Origin: a virus
Reading direction: 5' to 3' (one strand)
DNA length: 64,000 nucleotides
IMG/VR virus record: IMGVR_UViG_3300011113_000649
Coordinates: 41,554-105,553 of that record
Position numbers and translations under genes: made by a program
The notes under the pieces: model-generated
Seen by the model: only the letters and a program-made list of their open reading frames with translations
Database searches by the model: none
Told to the model about the DNA's origin: nothing
Shown here: positions 20,033 through 30,100 of the stretch, one piece after another
Layout of the letters: each line of letters begins with the position of its first letter
How positions within the stretch are numbered: position 1 is the stretch's first letter

Positions 20033-21119
20033 GATAACTATTATTCCTTGTGATTGTTTGGTCTATAATTGAAGCCGTATTATTCCACGTAAAATGCTTG
20101 GCTGTTAATAGGCCATTAGGATTACTACGTACATTATTACTATACACAAATCTCATAAGATCTACCGTTTGGTCTAATTGTGGTTGTCCTAATTTAGCCC
20201 AGCTGCCTTCTCCATGAAACCATTTTTTATCATTTGCAATTTCTGTTTCGGTAATATTTACTAAATATGCATTATCTTTAGTACAATATTCTGTATGTGC
20301 TGAATAATTAGTAGCTATTATTGGCTTATTTAAAGCCATGCTTTCTAATATAGAATTATTCCACCCTTCTGCTCTGGACAGATAAATTCCACAATCCCCA
20401 TGAAAGATATATTCTGCTAAATGATATTGTGTTGGTAGTCTGCCAAATATTTTTATCTTATTAGCAAGTTTAGAATTTTTTGCCATACTGATCCAAAATT
20501 GTTCTTCTTCTGGTTTTAAGAACATATTATGTGGTAACAACCATAGTTCAACGTCATCATTTTCGTCGAACGCGGCATTAAATGCTTGAATTAAAAAATC
20601 GTGACCTTTTCTGTGTTCCCATTTACCTATGTGAAAAAACCTGTAAGTATTTTCTACTTTAATTTTAATTGGTAATTTAAAAATTTCTAAGTCCACAGCT
20701 AGCGGTGCAACATACACAGGCTTAGTGATATTATTTTCTTGTAAAATTTGTTTGCCCCATTTAGAAGCAACAAAAATTCCATCGCAAGAATTTAGATGAA
20801 CTTTTTCAATAGGCTTAAGTTTATCTACCTCAAAAAATGGAAATGAGTAATAGTGTCCACTGCCTATTCTAGAAGCCAAATCAAATTGATGCCAAATTTT
20901 AAGACACGGAGCTTTATAGTCAAAATTTTGAGCATTACTGACTACTTTTTGTAGAAGCCCCTTTTCTGTTTCAGAATTTATTTCTATTTGGTCCCCACCC
21001 ATAGGGAATAGGCTGACATCTATATTAAGATCAACTAATTTTTTTAATATATTCAGAGACGTAATACCATAACCAGTTTTGCCTATGGCACAACTTAGAT
21101 TTAATTTTTTAGATATCAT
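19998..21119 (-). CDS. GT4 glycosyltransferase
   Basis: GKWEHRKG, SRAEGWNNSILESMAL (EX7E). Confidence 0.9.
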   Translation of the reverse strand: MISKKLNLSCAIGKTGYGITSLNILKKLVDLNIDVSLFPMGGDQIEINSETEKGLLQKVVSNAQNFDYKAPCLKIWHQFDLASRIGSGHYYSFPFFEVDKLKPIEKVHLNSCDGIFVASKWGKQILQENNITKPVYVAPLAVDLEIFKLPIKIKVENTYRFFHIGKWEHRKGHDFLIQAFNAAFDENDDVELWLLPHNMFLKPEEEQFWISMAKNSKLANKIKIFGRLPTQYHLAEYIFHGDCGIYLSRAEGWNNSILESMALNKPIIATNYSAHTEYCTKDNAYLVNITETEIANDKKWFHGEGSWAKLGQPQLDQTVDLMRFVYSNNVRSNPNGLLTAKHFTWNNTASIIDQTITRNNSYHANPRKKTKRR

Positions 21120-22228
21120 TTTTCGTAAACTTTATTGTGTGTGTTATTCACTTGTATAAATGTTGTTTTTTTACCAAAATCTTTAATTTTGTTAGCTCCT
21201 ATATATGTACAGGAGCTTCTTAATCCGCCATAAATATCTTGTATTACTTCTTCTGCCATGCCTTTATATGGGACAATAACGCATTTGCCTTCGGCTGTTC
21301 TATATTTTGCAACTCCGTTGTGGTGTTTATTCATAGCATCTTTGCTACTCATACCATAATATTTTAGTGATACTTTTCTTTTTTTATGGTCTAATCCGCC
21401 GGGATCAAACGGTTGCCATCCTCCACTACGCATTGCATATTCGTATTTCCATTCTCCTTCACATTCGTCGCATCCTGCAAACATACTGCCAAGCATTACA
21501 AAATCACTATTACCACCAAAAGCTTTACAAACATCTCCAACTACTTTGCATCCGCCATCGCTACAAATGTGACCACCAAGACCATGAGCGGCATCTGCAC
21601 ATTCCATTACAGCACTCAGTTGGGGGTATCCGACGCCAGTTTTTAAACGGGTGGTACACACACTACCTGACCCTATACCAACCTTGACTATATCAACTTT
21701 GCCATGAATAATAAGTTCCTCGACCATTTCTTGAGTTACCACATTTCCGGCCATAAGAATAATTTCTGGAAATAATTTTCTTATATGTGTGGCTGTTTTT
21801 ACGAACTGTTCAGTATAACCATTTGCTACATCCAAACATACGTTGGGAATATAAAATCCACTAGCTTTAATAGTATTTAGTACTATTTCTAGTTTATCTA
21901 TATCTTTTTTAGACGTACCGGTAGAATAGAATATTAAATTTTTATTACTACCATGATCGCAGTAAAAATTGATTAAATCGTCGTGATCATAATGTTTATG
22001 TAAACAAGTAATTGCGTTGTGATCGCTTAGAGATTTGGCCATATATAGAGTACCCACCGTATCCATATTTGCTACCATGATAGGAACACAAGACAATTCT
22101 CTGGGGCTATGTACGAATTTAAATGCTCTAATCAAATCCACCTCGGACCTACTATTGAGGGTGGACCTTTTTGGTCTGATTAATACATCGTCGAAATCTA
22201 ACTTTGTTTCATTAATGATTTTTTGCAT
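21116..22228 (-). CDS. guaC: GMP reductase
   Basis: LDFDDVLIRPKRSTL, ANMDTVGT, DVANGY, GIGSGSVCTTR, YGMSS. Confidence 0.93.
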   Translation of the reverse strand: MQKIINETKLDFDDVLIRPKRSTLNSRSEVDLIRAFKFVHSPRELSCVPIMVANMDTVGTLYMAKSLSDHNAITCLHKHYDHDDLINFYCDHGSNKNLIFYSTGTSKKDIDKLEIVLNTIKASGFYIPNVCLDVANGYTEQFVKTATHIRKLFPEIILMAGNVVTQEMVEELIIHGKVDIVKVGIGSGSVCTTRLKTGVGYPQLSAVMECADAAHGLGGHICSDGGCKVVGDVCKAFGGNSDFVMLGSMFAGCDECEGEWKYEYAMRSGGWQPFDPGGLDHKKRKVSLKYYGMSSKDAMNKHHNGVAKYRTAEGKCVIVPYKGMAEEVIQDIYGGLRSSCTYIGANKIKDFGKKTTFIQVNNTHNKVYEK

Positions 22229-22270
22229 TTGTTTTTTTGCCTAAAGATAATCTATTAAAATCAAATAAGT

Positions 22271-22804
22271 TTATAAGGTAAAAAATCTCCACCTGTTATA
22301 ATATTCTATTTCTGCGTCTGTGTGTATATGCTGTAGATAGTTTTTAACCTCTAGCCAAGTAGAAAATATCATTTGGTGTGGGATAGTACCAAACAACCAA
22401 TCTGGAGTTTGACTTTTTCCCTGCTCCATATGAACAATAATTGGTTTTTTAGATCTATTCGCTAAAAATATTTCTTCGTATGTTCCACACGGATGAATAT
22501 CAAGATCTAGATTAACTATAATAAAATCGCTTATATCTACTAGTCTAAGATCAACGGCTCTGATAGTTTTCATCATTGCCGATAATTCATCATAGCGACC
22601 CATTTGTTTGAGTTTTGTTTTTATATGATGGGTATCATTATCTTCAAGACCTATATCTGTTGGTTTGCTAATAGGATTGAAAACTACAATACTTAAATTT
22701 TCTAAGAATGGAGTTATAGAATCTCGCCACCCAGTACCACGGTCTGCAACTCTATCCATAGCGCCAGCCAAATATACTCTTTGATTTGTAAGTCTTTGGT
22801 TCAT
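22271..22804 (-). CDS. nucleoside 2-deoxyribosyltransferase-like protein
   Basis: VYLAGAM, VFNP, DLRLVDISD, GTYEE. Confidence 0.75.
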   Translation of the reverse strand: MNQRLTNQRVYLAGAMDRVADRGTGWRDSITPFLENLSIVVFNPISKPTDIGLEDNDTHHIKTKLKQMGRYDELSAMMKTIRAVDLRLVDISDFIIVNLDLDIHPCGTYEEIFLANRSKKPIIVHMEQGKSQTPDWLFGTIPHQMIFSTWLEVKNYLQHIHTDAEIEYYNRWRFFTL

Positions 22805-22813
22805 ATATGGTAT

Positions 22814-23017
22814 TCAATATCTCGTATCAAAAACATAATCAAATAAATTATTGGTTCTCGGGAAATGTTTTCTATTTGTTTTTAGTTCTTTAATTCCATT
22901 TAAAAGACCGAGAAACATAGAAATAGCAAAAATCCAATATAATGTTGTCATTTTGTCCTTTGTTCTTGTAGAATTGCTAAATATGGTAATCTGCTTCGCT
23001 GTACTTCTGCTAAACAT
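22814..23017 (-). CDS. small membrane protein
   Basis: One TM segment; true start probably MTTLYW. Confidence 0.4.
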   Translation of the reverse strand: MFSRSTAKQITIFSNSTRTKDKMTTLYWIFAISMFLGLLNGIKELKTNRKHFPRTNNLFDYVFDTRY

Positions 23018-23691
23018 TTTTGTAAATGTTCTGAATTGGTAGAACGCCCAGTAGGGTTTTCATAATATAAGCCAACTGGATGATTGACCAGTTCTATTGT
23101 AGCACCGCCGAACGCACAACGCAACCAGAATTCTCCATCAGCCGCTGATATGTAAGACTCATCAAAATATCCAAACCTGTCATGTAAACTTTTTCTCCAT
23201 AAAGGCATACAGTGTGGCGAATTATTTCTTAATAAATTTTCTAACGAGTGAGGCAAATAGGGATAGATAACATTATATTCATTATGTTCATATTTTTCAT
23301 TCGGGACATGCGACACATATGTGATGCCGTACACAACATCAATATCAGGCTTATTGGCTAGCCTATTGTATAAAATCTCTATGCTGTTAGGCGACTTTCT
23401 ATCGTCTACATTCCAATTACCAATGATATCAGATGAACAATGTTGAATAGCTATATTCCAACACTGATATAATCCAGGATCACTATCTAGTTTAATATAT
23501 TTTATATTTGAGTATTTATTTAATAGTGGAAGTATGTGTTGTTCCTCGTTTTCTGGTGAATCACAATTTAATAAAACAAACTCGATATCAGAGAAAATAG
23601 TTTGCCGCAACATATCTTCTATGTATCCTTGTATAAATTTTTCACCCTTGTAAAAAGAACAAAATATTGAGCATTTATAGGCGTTGTTCAT
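22948..23691 (-). CDS. GT2 glycosyltransferase
   Basis: GT-A fold motifs: CDSPE, WNIAI, NVDD, GYFDE..ADGEFWLR. Confidence 0.88.
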   Translation of the reverse strand: MNNAYKCSIFCSFYKGEKFIQGYIEDMLRQTIFSDIEFVLLNCDSPENEEQHILPLLNKYSNIKYIKLDSDPGLYQCWNIAIQHCSSDIIGNWNVDDRKSPNSIEILYNRLANKPDIDVVYGITYVSHVPNEKYEHNEYNVIYPYLPHSLENLLRNNSPHCMPLWRKSLHDRFGYFDESYISAADGEFWLRCAFGGATIELVNHPVGLYYENPTGRSTNSEHLQKCLAEVQRSRLPYLAILQEQRTK

Positions 23692-23698
23692 GGTAGTT

Positions 23699-24652
23699 TT
23701 ACTTTAAATAAATTTGTTTAAATATTGGGATTACTTTTTCTGGAGAAAATTCTTGATAACAATTCCATTCCGATGAGTTGATTTCTTTTTTATTAAGATT
23801 TAATATGATATTATCTATCTCTTTTTTATTGCTGTAATATATACCCTTATTTCCTAAAACCTGTATATGATTTTTTTCTGGCGAATCTCTATATGTTATT
23901 ATTGGTTTATTTCTGATGGAAAATTCTCCACATGATAAACCAAATGACTCACCAATATATCTAGCATGAAGCATAGCATCGCATGTGTTAATAAACTTTA
24001 CTTTTTCATTTAAATTTGGTGTTGAATTTAAATATATAATTTTTTCATGCTTATAAAATGGCTGAGTATATTGAAATATAAACCATATATCATTTCTTTG
24101 TTTTAAGCAGCCGATAATAGATTCTTTTACAAATGGTATATCAAAAGTTTCCCAGCCTCCATTTCTTCCAAAAACTAAATCACTATTTGGGATATTGAGT
24201 TCATTTCTCATATCCTCTCGATAGTCTGGAAGATAAACAATATGTGGAACATACGGTATAGAAAACCCCGTTATCTCTGACAACCATCTAGACCCCATAG
24301 CATAAATATCGCCATGAATCCAATTACGTTCCCAGTGTCCTGATACTGCGTTTATTAAATTTTTAGATACAGAAGATATAACACCGTCAGGTTTTCCTCC
24401 TTTTATCATAAAAAAATAATCACACGTGTTTTGTTTTAAAATATTATCAATTTGATTTTTATCTTCATATCCAAAAACAGCGAACTCTTTTTCAAACTTT
24501 TTAATAACACTATTATCATTAAAATTATTTTTGAGATCAAACACAATAATTGGCTCAACATCAAGATAATACCGAGTCCAATATGCCCAATCATAGATTG
24601 CTATAGTAGTCCCTCTTAAGCACAAGGAATTGTCATGGAATGCTATTTTCAT
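23699..24652 (-). CDS. GT-B glycosyltransferase (GT4-like)
   Basis: RGTTIAIYD, CDAMLHAR..GESFGLSCGE. Confidence 0.8.
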   Translation of the reverse strand: MKIAFHDNSLCLRGTTIAIYDWAYWTRYYLDVEPIIVFDLKNNFNDNSVIKKFEKEFAVFGYEDKNQIDNILKQNTCDYFFMIKGGKPDGVISSVSKNLINAVSGHWERNWIHGDIYAMGSRWLSEITGFSIPYVPHIVYLPDYREDMRNELNIPNSDLVFGRNGGWETFDIPFVKESIIGCLKQRNDIWFIFQYTQPFYKHEKIIYLNSTPNLNEKVKFINTCDAMLHARYIGESFGLSCGEFSIRNKPIITYRDSPEKNHIQVLGNKGIYYSNKKEIDNIILNLNKKEINSSEWNCYQEFSPEKVIPIFKQIYLK

Positions 24653-24720
24653 ATTAATAATAAATATTTTAACATTTTATCATCTAATTTATTTAAAGAA
24701 TATGTCATATTTTTTTAATA

Positions 24721-25353
24721 TCAAGTATTTAAATTTGCAAACAAAACATTTCCGCCGTCTTTCCATTCTAATTCCTCATAAACTACAGCAAAGCCGTTCT
24801 CTTCAAGAAAAATTTTAAAATCTGGATATAATATATTGCCCTCATAATTTTCAAGTATAGATACTTCTGTATATAAATATTTAGTAATATTTAAAGAATT
24901 TAGCGAGTCTCTTAAAACTATAGGTTCATATCCTTGCATATCTAACCACATTAAATTAATTTGATCTATTGTATTACTTTTTACAAAATCATCAAGTCTT
25001 ATCGTTTTAACCTCAGTTTGCTTTTTAAAGGTTATATCGGGATGATTTATCAGATGATTTTTTGGTACGAGAAAAGACGATGATCCCCATGTGTCATTAA
25101 ATCTATCGCTAACATTCATGTTTTTTTTCCCATTTGAATCAGACAGTGCCAAATTATAAACATTAACATTTTTTCTATTAGAAATTTTATTTTGAGTTTT
25201 TTCGAAAAGATCAAATATTGGTTCAAATCCGTATATTTTTCCTTCAGGAAAATTGTCTGCAAAGAACAAGGTGTCTATACCTTCACAAGTACCAGCCTCT
25301 ATTATAGTTGCATTTTTTGGTATGTTTTTTAATATCCACTCATGTATTCTCAT
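24721..25353 (-). CDS. FkbM-family SAM methyltransferase
   Basis: IEAGTCEG, GFEP, RLDDF, WLDMQGYE. Confidence 0.9.
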   Translation of the reverse strand: MRIHEWILKNIPKNATIIEAGTCEGIDTLFFADNFPEGKIYGFEPIFDLFEKTQNKISNRKNVNVYNLALSDSNGKKNMNVSDRFNDTWGSSSFLVPKNHLINHPDITFKKQTEVKTIRLDDFVKSNTIDQINLMWLDMQGYEPIVLRDSLNSLNITKYLYTEVSILENYEGNILYPDFKIFLEENGFAVVYEELEWKDGGNVLFANLNT

Positions 25354-26231
25354 ATTAAACTCTTAATTCTATTTGTAAATTTTAAAACTATATGATCAAA
25401 TAATATTCTAGGATATTGTTCATCATTGAACAACATTTCGTTTCTAATTCTATTAAACTCTTCATCGTTTTTATCAATCTCTATTATGAAGTCAATCATT
25501 TCATTCAAATTTCTAAAATTTGAAAGATTAATTAAGCATTTGTCATTAAAATCTACAGATATGTTTTCATCCGACCAATAAATTGGCACACATCCTGCAA
25601 CTTTGGCGTGTAAAAGTTTTTCGGTATAATATCCAGGAAAAATAGAATTTTCAAAACAAATATTGAATCTATATTCTGATATTATATCTAATTTTTTATC
25701 TTCGCCATCACCAATATTTTTATATCTATTTCCATATACATTTACTAATTTATATTTAGATAGTTCATTTATTATTTCAGATCTATAAGGAGATTGACCA
25801 TTATATACAATAGAACAAAATTTATTTTTTTGTTTATTATAAAAATCATTATTTGTAATTTTTTTAGGATCTATTGTAAATTTTGGATTAGAATAATTTA
25901 TTTTACCAAACCAGTCTATTTGTAATACCCATAAAGGTACTCTTATTTTTTTATCGTCCTCATCAAAATCAAAACTAAGACATATATCACAGTTTGACAT
26001 ATAGCTTAATTTATTTAAATATTCTACTCTTCTTAAGTTTTCGCCGGTATAAAATACCCTTATTTTATCTTTATATTTTTCATTTAAATTACCATAGCAG
26101 GAAAAAAATAAAATATCACAATCATTTGGATTAGATATTTTGACACCATCTATTACTGATGACATCATGTGTGTAAAAAAATTATTACTGATATCAAAAT
26201 TATGCCAGAAGTCTAAAAAAGCTATTTTCAT
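25350..26231 (-). CDS. GT10 alpha-1,3-fucosyltransferase-like
   Basis: FYTGEN, YRFNICFENS..GYYTEK, GCVPIYW. Confidence 0.88.
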   Translation of the reverse strand: MKIAFLDFWHNFDISNNFFTHMMSSVIDGVKISNPNDCDILFFSCYGNLNEKYKDKIRVFYTGENLRRVEYLNKLSYMSNCDICLSFDFDEDDKKIRVPLWVLQIDWFGKINYSNPKFTIDPKKITNNDFYNKQKNKFCSIVYNGQSPYRSEIINELSKYKLVNVYGNRYKNIGDGEDKKLDIISEYRFNICFENSIFPGYYTEKLLHAKVAGCVPIYWSDENISVDFNDKCLINLSNFRNLNEMIDFIIEIDKNDEEFNRIRNEMLFNDEQYPRILFDHIVLKFTNRIKSLI

Positions 26232-26866
26232 TTGTCAATTATTTGTTTTAATCCAGGTTCTATCCATGAGACCTTTAAATTGTTAAGTTGGATAATCTCG
26301 TTCATTTTATAGTCAATTGCATTATTGATATTTTCACAACCGCTTAACATTTTAATTGAAGCCTCTCTTGATATTATATACGCGTGTGTACATCTTGTTT
26401 TGTGATCTTTATGGTATTTTAATAATTTTTCAGAGATATCTGGGGATATAAAATCTAAAAACGTACCAATCATTACTAAATCATAATAACTTTTAGCTAA
26501 TTCAGCTTCTATATTCTGTATAAGATTTGAAAAATCATTTGGAATTTCACAATCATCCTCAAGTATTAAAATAAATTCGTTATTAGAGCATACTTGTTTT
26601 TTCCAACAATCTATATGTTTTAAAACCAAGCTTATACTTGATTTGTTTTTTTTATTTGGATTATTAGTATAAGAGTAATTTTTTATTTGAGAAATATATA
26701 AGTCATTATGTATATTATAATCAGCATTGTCAATTAATTTTTGATCAAACGATTCTGGACCAAAGCCATCTACTATTTCGTATTCTATAGATTGTGAATC
26801 AAGTGAGTTTGTTATTCTTTTTCTTCTATTAGAAAATTTAGGATGGTTTAGAACGTATATTTTCAT
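26228..26866 (-). CDS. GT25 glycosyltransferase
   Basis: IYVLN..R, KHIDCW, ILEDD, THAYIIS..A. Confidence 0.85.
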   Translation of the reverse strand: MKIYVLNHPKFSNRRKRITNSLDSQSIEYEIVDGFGPESFDQKLIDNADYNIHNDLYISQIKNYSYTNNPNKKNKSSISLVLKHIDCWKKQVCSNNEFILILEDDCEIPNDFSNLIQNIEAELAKSYYDLVMIGTFLDFISPDISEKLLKYHKDHKTRCTHAYIISREASIKMLSGCENINNAIDYKMNEIIQLNNLKVSWIEPGLKQIIDK

Positions 26867-26871
26867 ATTTA

Positions 26872-27654
26872 TTATTTTTGATAAATAAACTCATATCTGT
26901 CTTCATCATATACTCTTAAGTCTATTTCCTCAATATTTGAGGATTTAAAAGTTTCCCAAGAGTTAATCCAAGGAAATTTAAAACAAGGAAAATAAACTTT
27001 ACCTTGACCCAAAAACGCCGCCCACCAACTAAATGTGCTATTAGCTATAATAGTTTTTTTTGAATATTTCACATAAACAAAATCAGCTAAAAATTTATTT
27101 ACACCCCAATTAGAATTATCTTTAATTTTACAGCCCATACTTTTAAGAATATCAAGTTTTGAATTATTGGGCTCGTCACAGATAATAGTAGCATTGTTAA
27201 AGGACTCTTTGTTTAAAATATTTATATAATATTCCATCTCAATATCCCAACCTAATTTGACATAGTCTCCGAGTCTAATACTTAAAACCAAATCATCGTC
27301 ATTAGGTTTATCATAAGAGTCTTCGTTTTCAATGAATAACCATTCTCTTATAGAATTTTTATTCGAAATGTAATGTTCGTATCTTTGTGAGTAGCCGGAA
27401 ATAATAATTTGACCATTATGATTATTTATATAATTCATGTCAAAAATTTGAGTATTCTCTGGAGTTCTGTAAGGATTATGATAATTTTCTATGCCTTCAG
27501 TATTATTATATGTTATTGGAAATCCTGGTATAATAGGAGCTACTAATTTATAGTTCTTCTTTTCTGCTATTTGTCTAGCCCAACAATATTGAAATAGTCT
27601 ATTGCCCAGTCCTTGTTTGCTAACATCATAATATATTGTTTTAAGTTTTATCAT
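26872..27654 (-). CDS. GT11 alpha-1,2-fucosyltransferase-like
   Basis: GLGNRLFQY, IRLGDY, ANSTFSWWAAFL; start refined to MIKLK. Confidence 0.88.
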   Translation of the reverse strand: MIKLKTIYYDVSKQGLGNRLFQYCWARQIAEKKNYKLVAPIIPGFPITYNNTEGIENYHNPYRTPENTQIFDMNYINNHNGQIIISGYSQRYEHYISNKNSIREWLFIENEDSYDKPNDDDLVLSIRLGDYVKLGWDIEMEYYINILNKESFNNATIICDEPNNSKLDILKSMGCKIKDNSNWGVNKFLADFVYVKYSKKTIIANSTFSWWAAFLGQGKVYFPCFKFPWINSWETFKSSNIEEIDLRVYDEDRYEFIYQK

Positions 27655-27697
27655 TTTATTTTTTTTTAAAAAATATTTATTAAAATTATTTAAGTCT

Positions 27698-28633
27698 TTA
27701 TGATTGGCTAATTTCAGCAATATTACTTTTATAAAAATCAATAATATATTTTACAATATTTTTGGAAGTATATTGTTTCATAACTTTATTACATCCCTCG
27801 ATTGCTATTTTTTCTCTTTCTATAGGATTGTCTAGATAGTAAACAATTTTCTCAAGAGCCTCCTCTTTTGTATCATAAAATATGATTTCTTTATTTTCAA
27901 TAAATATTGAATCTAATTTTTTATTTGGAGATAATCTGTTTGTAATAACTAATTTTTTACATGCCATACCTTCAAAAATTCTTCTTGATATTTCTCCAAA
28001 TCTAGCAACTTGTAGAATAATTTTTCCATTTCTAAATAGATCGCCATTTTCTATATCTACAAGATTGTTCTTTAAATAAAAAGACTTATCAAGATGGCGT
28101 TGTAAGAACGGTATAATTTCACCCCTGTCCCCACACACGGATGTTACAACATCGAATGGACTATAATCTGTTAAAGATGGATAAAAAATATTGGTGTCTG
28201 CCCAATGAGCCGTAAATATAGAATTATAATCATTGTTTTTATAATAGTTATGACACTCTATGCCTGGTGTTAAAATAAGATCGGCATGTTTTATTCTTTC
28301 TTGATTATATCTTAGCGTTTGTGGTTCATCTCCACAATCGACTATTAATTTACTTTCTGGAAAATTTTCTTTTTTGAATAAGTGGTCTGGTCCTAGCCCG
28401 CAAGACATCCATAATATTATTTGTGGGACAAAAATTTGATCGTCATATAATTTTTTAAGTTCATAAAAACCAAATTCTCTATTGTTTGGTGGCAGAGGGA
28501 ACGACCTTATATGTTGTACTAATTCACTATATTTGAAAGCATTATAAATACTTTTTGGTGTTGACCAATATTTTTCTTCTCCATATTGGAGATAGTCTTC
28601 TATAGAATAGTCGTATAATATTGCAATCTTCAT
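27698..28633 (-). CDS. CgeB-like GT-B glycosyltransferase
   Basis: GDEP, RRIFEGMAC..LVIT, REKIA..G. Confidence 0.8.
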   Translation of the reverse strand: MKIAILYDYSIEDYLQYGEEKYWSTPKSIYNAFKYSELVQHIRSFPLPPNNREFGFYELKKLYDDQIFVPQIILWMSCGLGPDHLFKKENFPESKLIVDCGDEPQTLRYNQERIKHADLILTPGIECHNYYKNNDYNSIFTAHWADTNIFYPSLTDYSPFDVVTSVCGDRGEIIPFLQRHLDKSFYLKNNLVDIENGDLFRNGKIILQVARFGEISRRIFEGMACKKLVITNRLSPNKKLDSIFIENKEIIFYDTKEEALEKIVYYLDNPIEREKIAIEGCNKVMKQYTSKNIVKYIIDFYKSNIAEISQS

Positions 28634-29490
28634 ATTTTTTTAATTATATTATCATAGGTAGATTGTAGTGTAAAATATTTATGATATAATTTTTTACCGC
28701 TAAATACTAATTCGTTATATTTTTTATTATCTATTTTATTTAGAATATTTTCTATATTATAGATTTCATTTTCATTAATTAAAACAGAAAAACTATTCCA
28801 ATCAATCTCGTCACTCCAAGGCAAATAAAAATCATTACTTATGATAATCGGCACAACACCAAGTTGCAAAACCTCATAAAGTCTAAAAGAATTTAATCCA
28901 TAACCTCTTGGACAAAAACCATAGTAACTCTGTTGAGTAATATGTATAAAATCATAGAGATTATTTATAGCTATATTAGGATTCCATGACTTATATTTGA
29001 TGCAATATCCGGATTTGTTAATAAATTGATCGCATAGTTTTTGCCTAATAGGATGGGTAATAGATCCTACGAACGATGCTTTATATTTCTTGGACTGAGG
29101 CTTTATTAAATCTTTTGGTATAGCAGAACAAACCAGTGGAATAGGAATAGTATGCGAATTCCTGACATTACCCCCAGCACTGAATATTAAGCAGCTGTCT
29201 GGTAGTTTTTCTCTTGGTGCATCATCGTGTTGACAAACTGTAAAATATTGATATTCTGGATTAAGACTATTTAATTTTTCTTGTAGTCCATATGTTTGGC
29301 CTTGTATATAAACTGTTGTCCAAGATACAGGGATATAATATCTATTAGTCGAGGTATCATTAGATAAAAATTGATTATAAAAGTAATCTTCTAGATAATC
29401 GCCACTATGGTATGGGGGATATGTTGGATATGTTGGAACTAGTCTATATTCGCTAAATAGACTATTAAGATATTTTTGATAACAGTTCAT
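28630..29490 (-). CDS. GT47 exostosin-like glycosyltransferase
   Basis: FCPRGYG..SFRLYEVLQLGVVPIII..LPW; start refined to MNCYQ. Confidence 0.85.
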   Translation of the reverse strand: MNCYQKYLNSLFSEYRLVPTYPTYPPYHSGDYLEDYFYNQFLSNDTSTNRYYIPVSWTTVYIQGQTYGLQEKLNSLNPEYQYFTVCQHDDAPREKLPDSCLIFSAGGNVRNSHTIPIPLVCSAIPKDLIKPQSKKYKASFVGSITHPIRQKLCDQFINKSGYCIKYKSWNPNIAINNLYDFIHITQQSYYGFCPRGYGLNSFRLYEVLQLGVVPIIISNDFYLPWSDEIDWNSFSVLINENEIYNIENILNKIDNKKYNELVFSGKKLYHKYFTLQSTYDNIIKKI

Positions 29491-30100
29491 ATTTTTCGCG
29501 AACCAACTTAAGTAAAGATATCTTATTTTGAACACCAACTACCCAGTTGGCGTGGTGTATTAATATGTCTCTTGGTATATCAAAATCTTGACCATTCCAT
29601 ACAGTTCCTATATTTTGAGCAACTGTGTAGAATCTGTGAGATAAAAATTTAGCATTACATGTTTTTATATGATAATTTAATGAAGTTTGATCTTCATCTA
29701 TGTATAGTTTACTAATTTTGTAGAATAAATCTTTGGTTCTGTTATTGACTTTACAAACAAAAAAACCAGAGCAATATGGTAAATATCCAGTATCGTATTG
29801 ACAGGCTATATCATGATCTAATAATTCTTTGAGAAGATCATCAACTATAGAAGAACAAAAAAATTGAACATCGACATCTGAAAAAATAAAAATATCTTTT
29901 GGATTTTCATCACATGCTTGTAAAAAAATTTTTGTTTTTCTATAACAAGTTTGACTCCATCCTCTATCTTTGAAATTTGCCGTATCACATTCTTGAGGAA
30001 TTAAATGACTATTTAACTCTAAGTCTTGTGGTAGGGTTGGTAAAAAAAATTGTTGATATAATTGATTATGAGAATCTGAATGTGCAGTATATATTTTCAT
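29465..30100 (-). CDS. nucleotide-diphospho-sugar transferase (GT77-like)
   Basis: FSDVDV, CSGFF, EDQTSLN, HHANW; start refined to MKIYT. Confidence 0.8.
   Translation of the reverse strand: MKIYTAHSDSHNQLYQQFFLPTLPQDLELNSHLIPQECDTANFKDRGWSQTCYRKTKIFLQACDENPKDIFIFSDVDVQFFCSSIVDDLLKELLDHDIACQYDTGYLPYCSGFFVCKVNNRTKDLFYKISKLYIDEDQTSLNYHIKTCNAKFLSHRFYTVAQNIGTVWNGQDFDIPRDILIHHANWVVGVQNKISLLKLVREKYELLSKIS

Noticed and set aside
21116-22228. IMP dehydrogenase (guaB)
   Set aside because: RPKRSTL, ANMDTVGT, DVANGY and YGMSS fit GMP reductase better, and there are no CBS domains.
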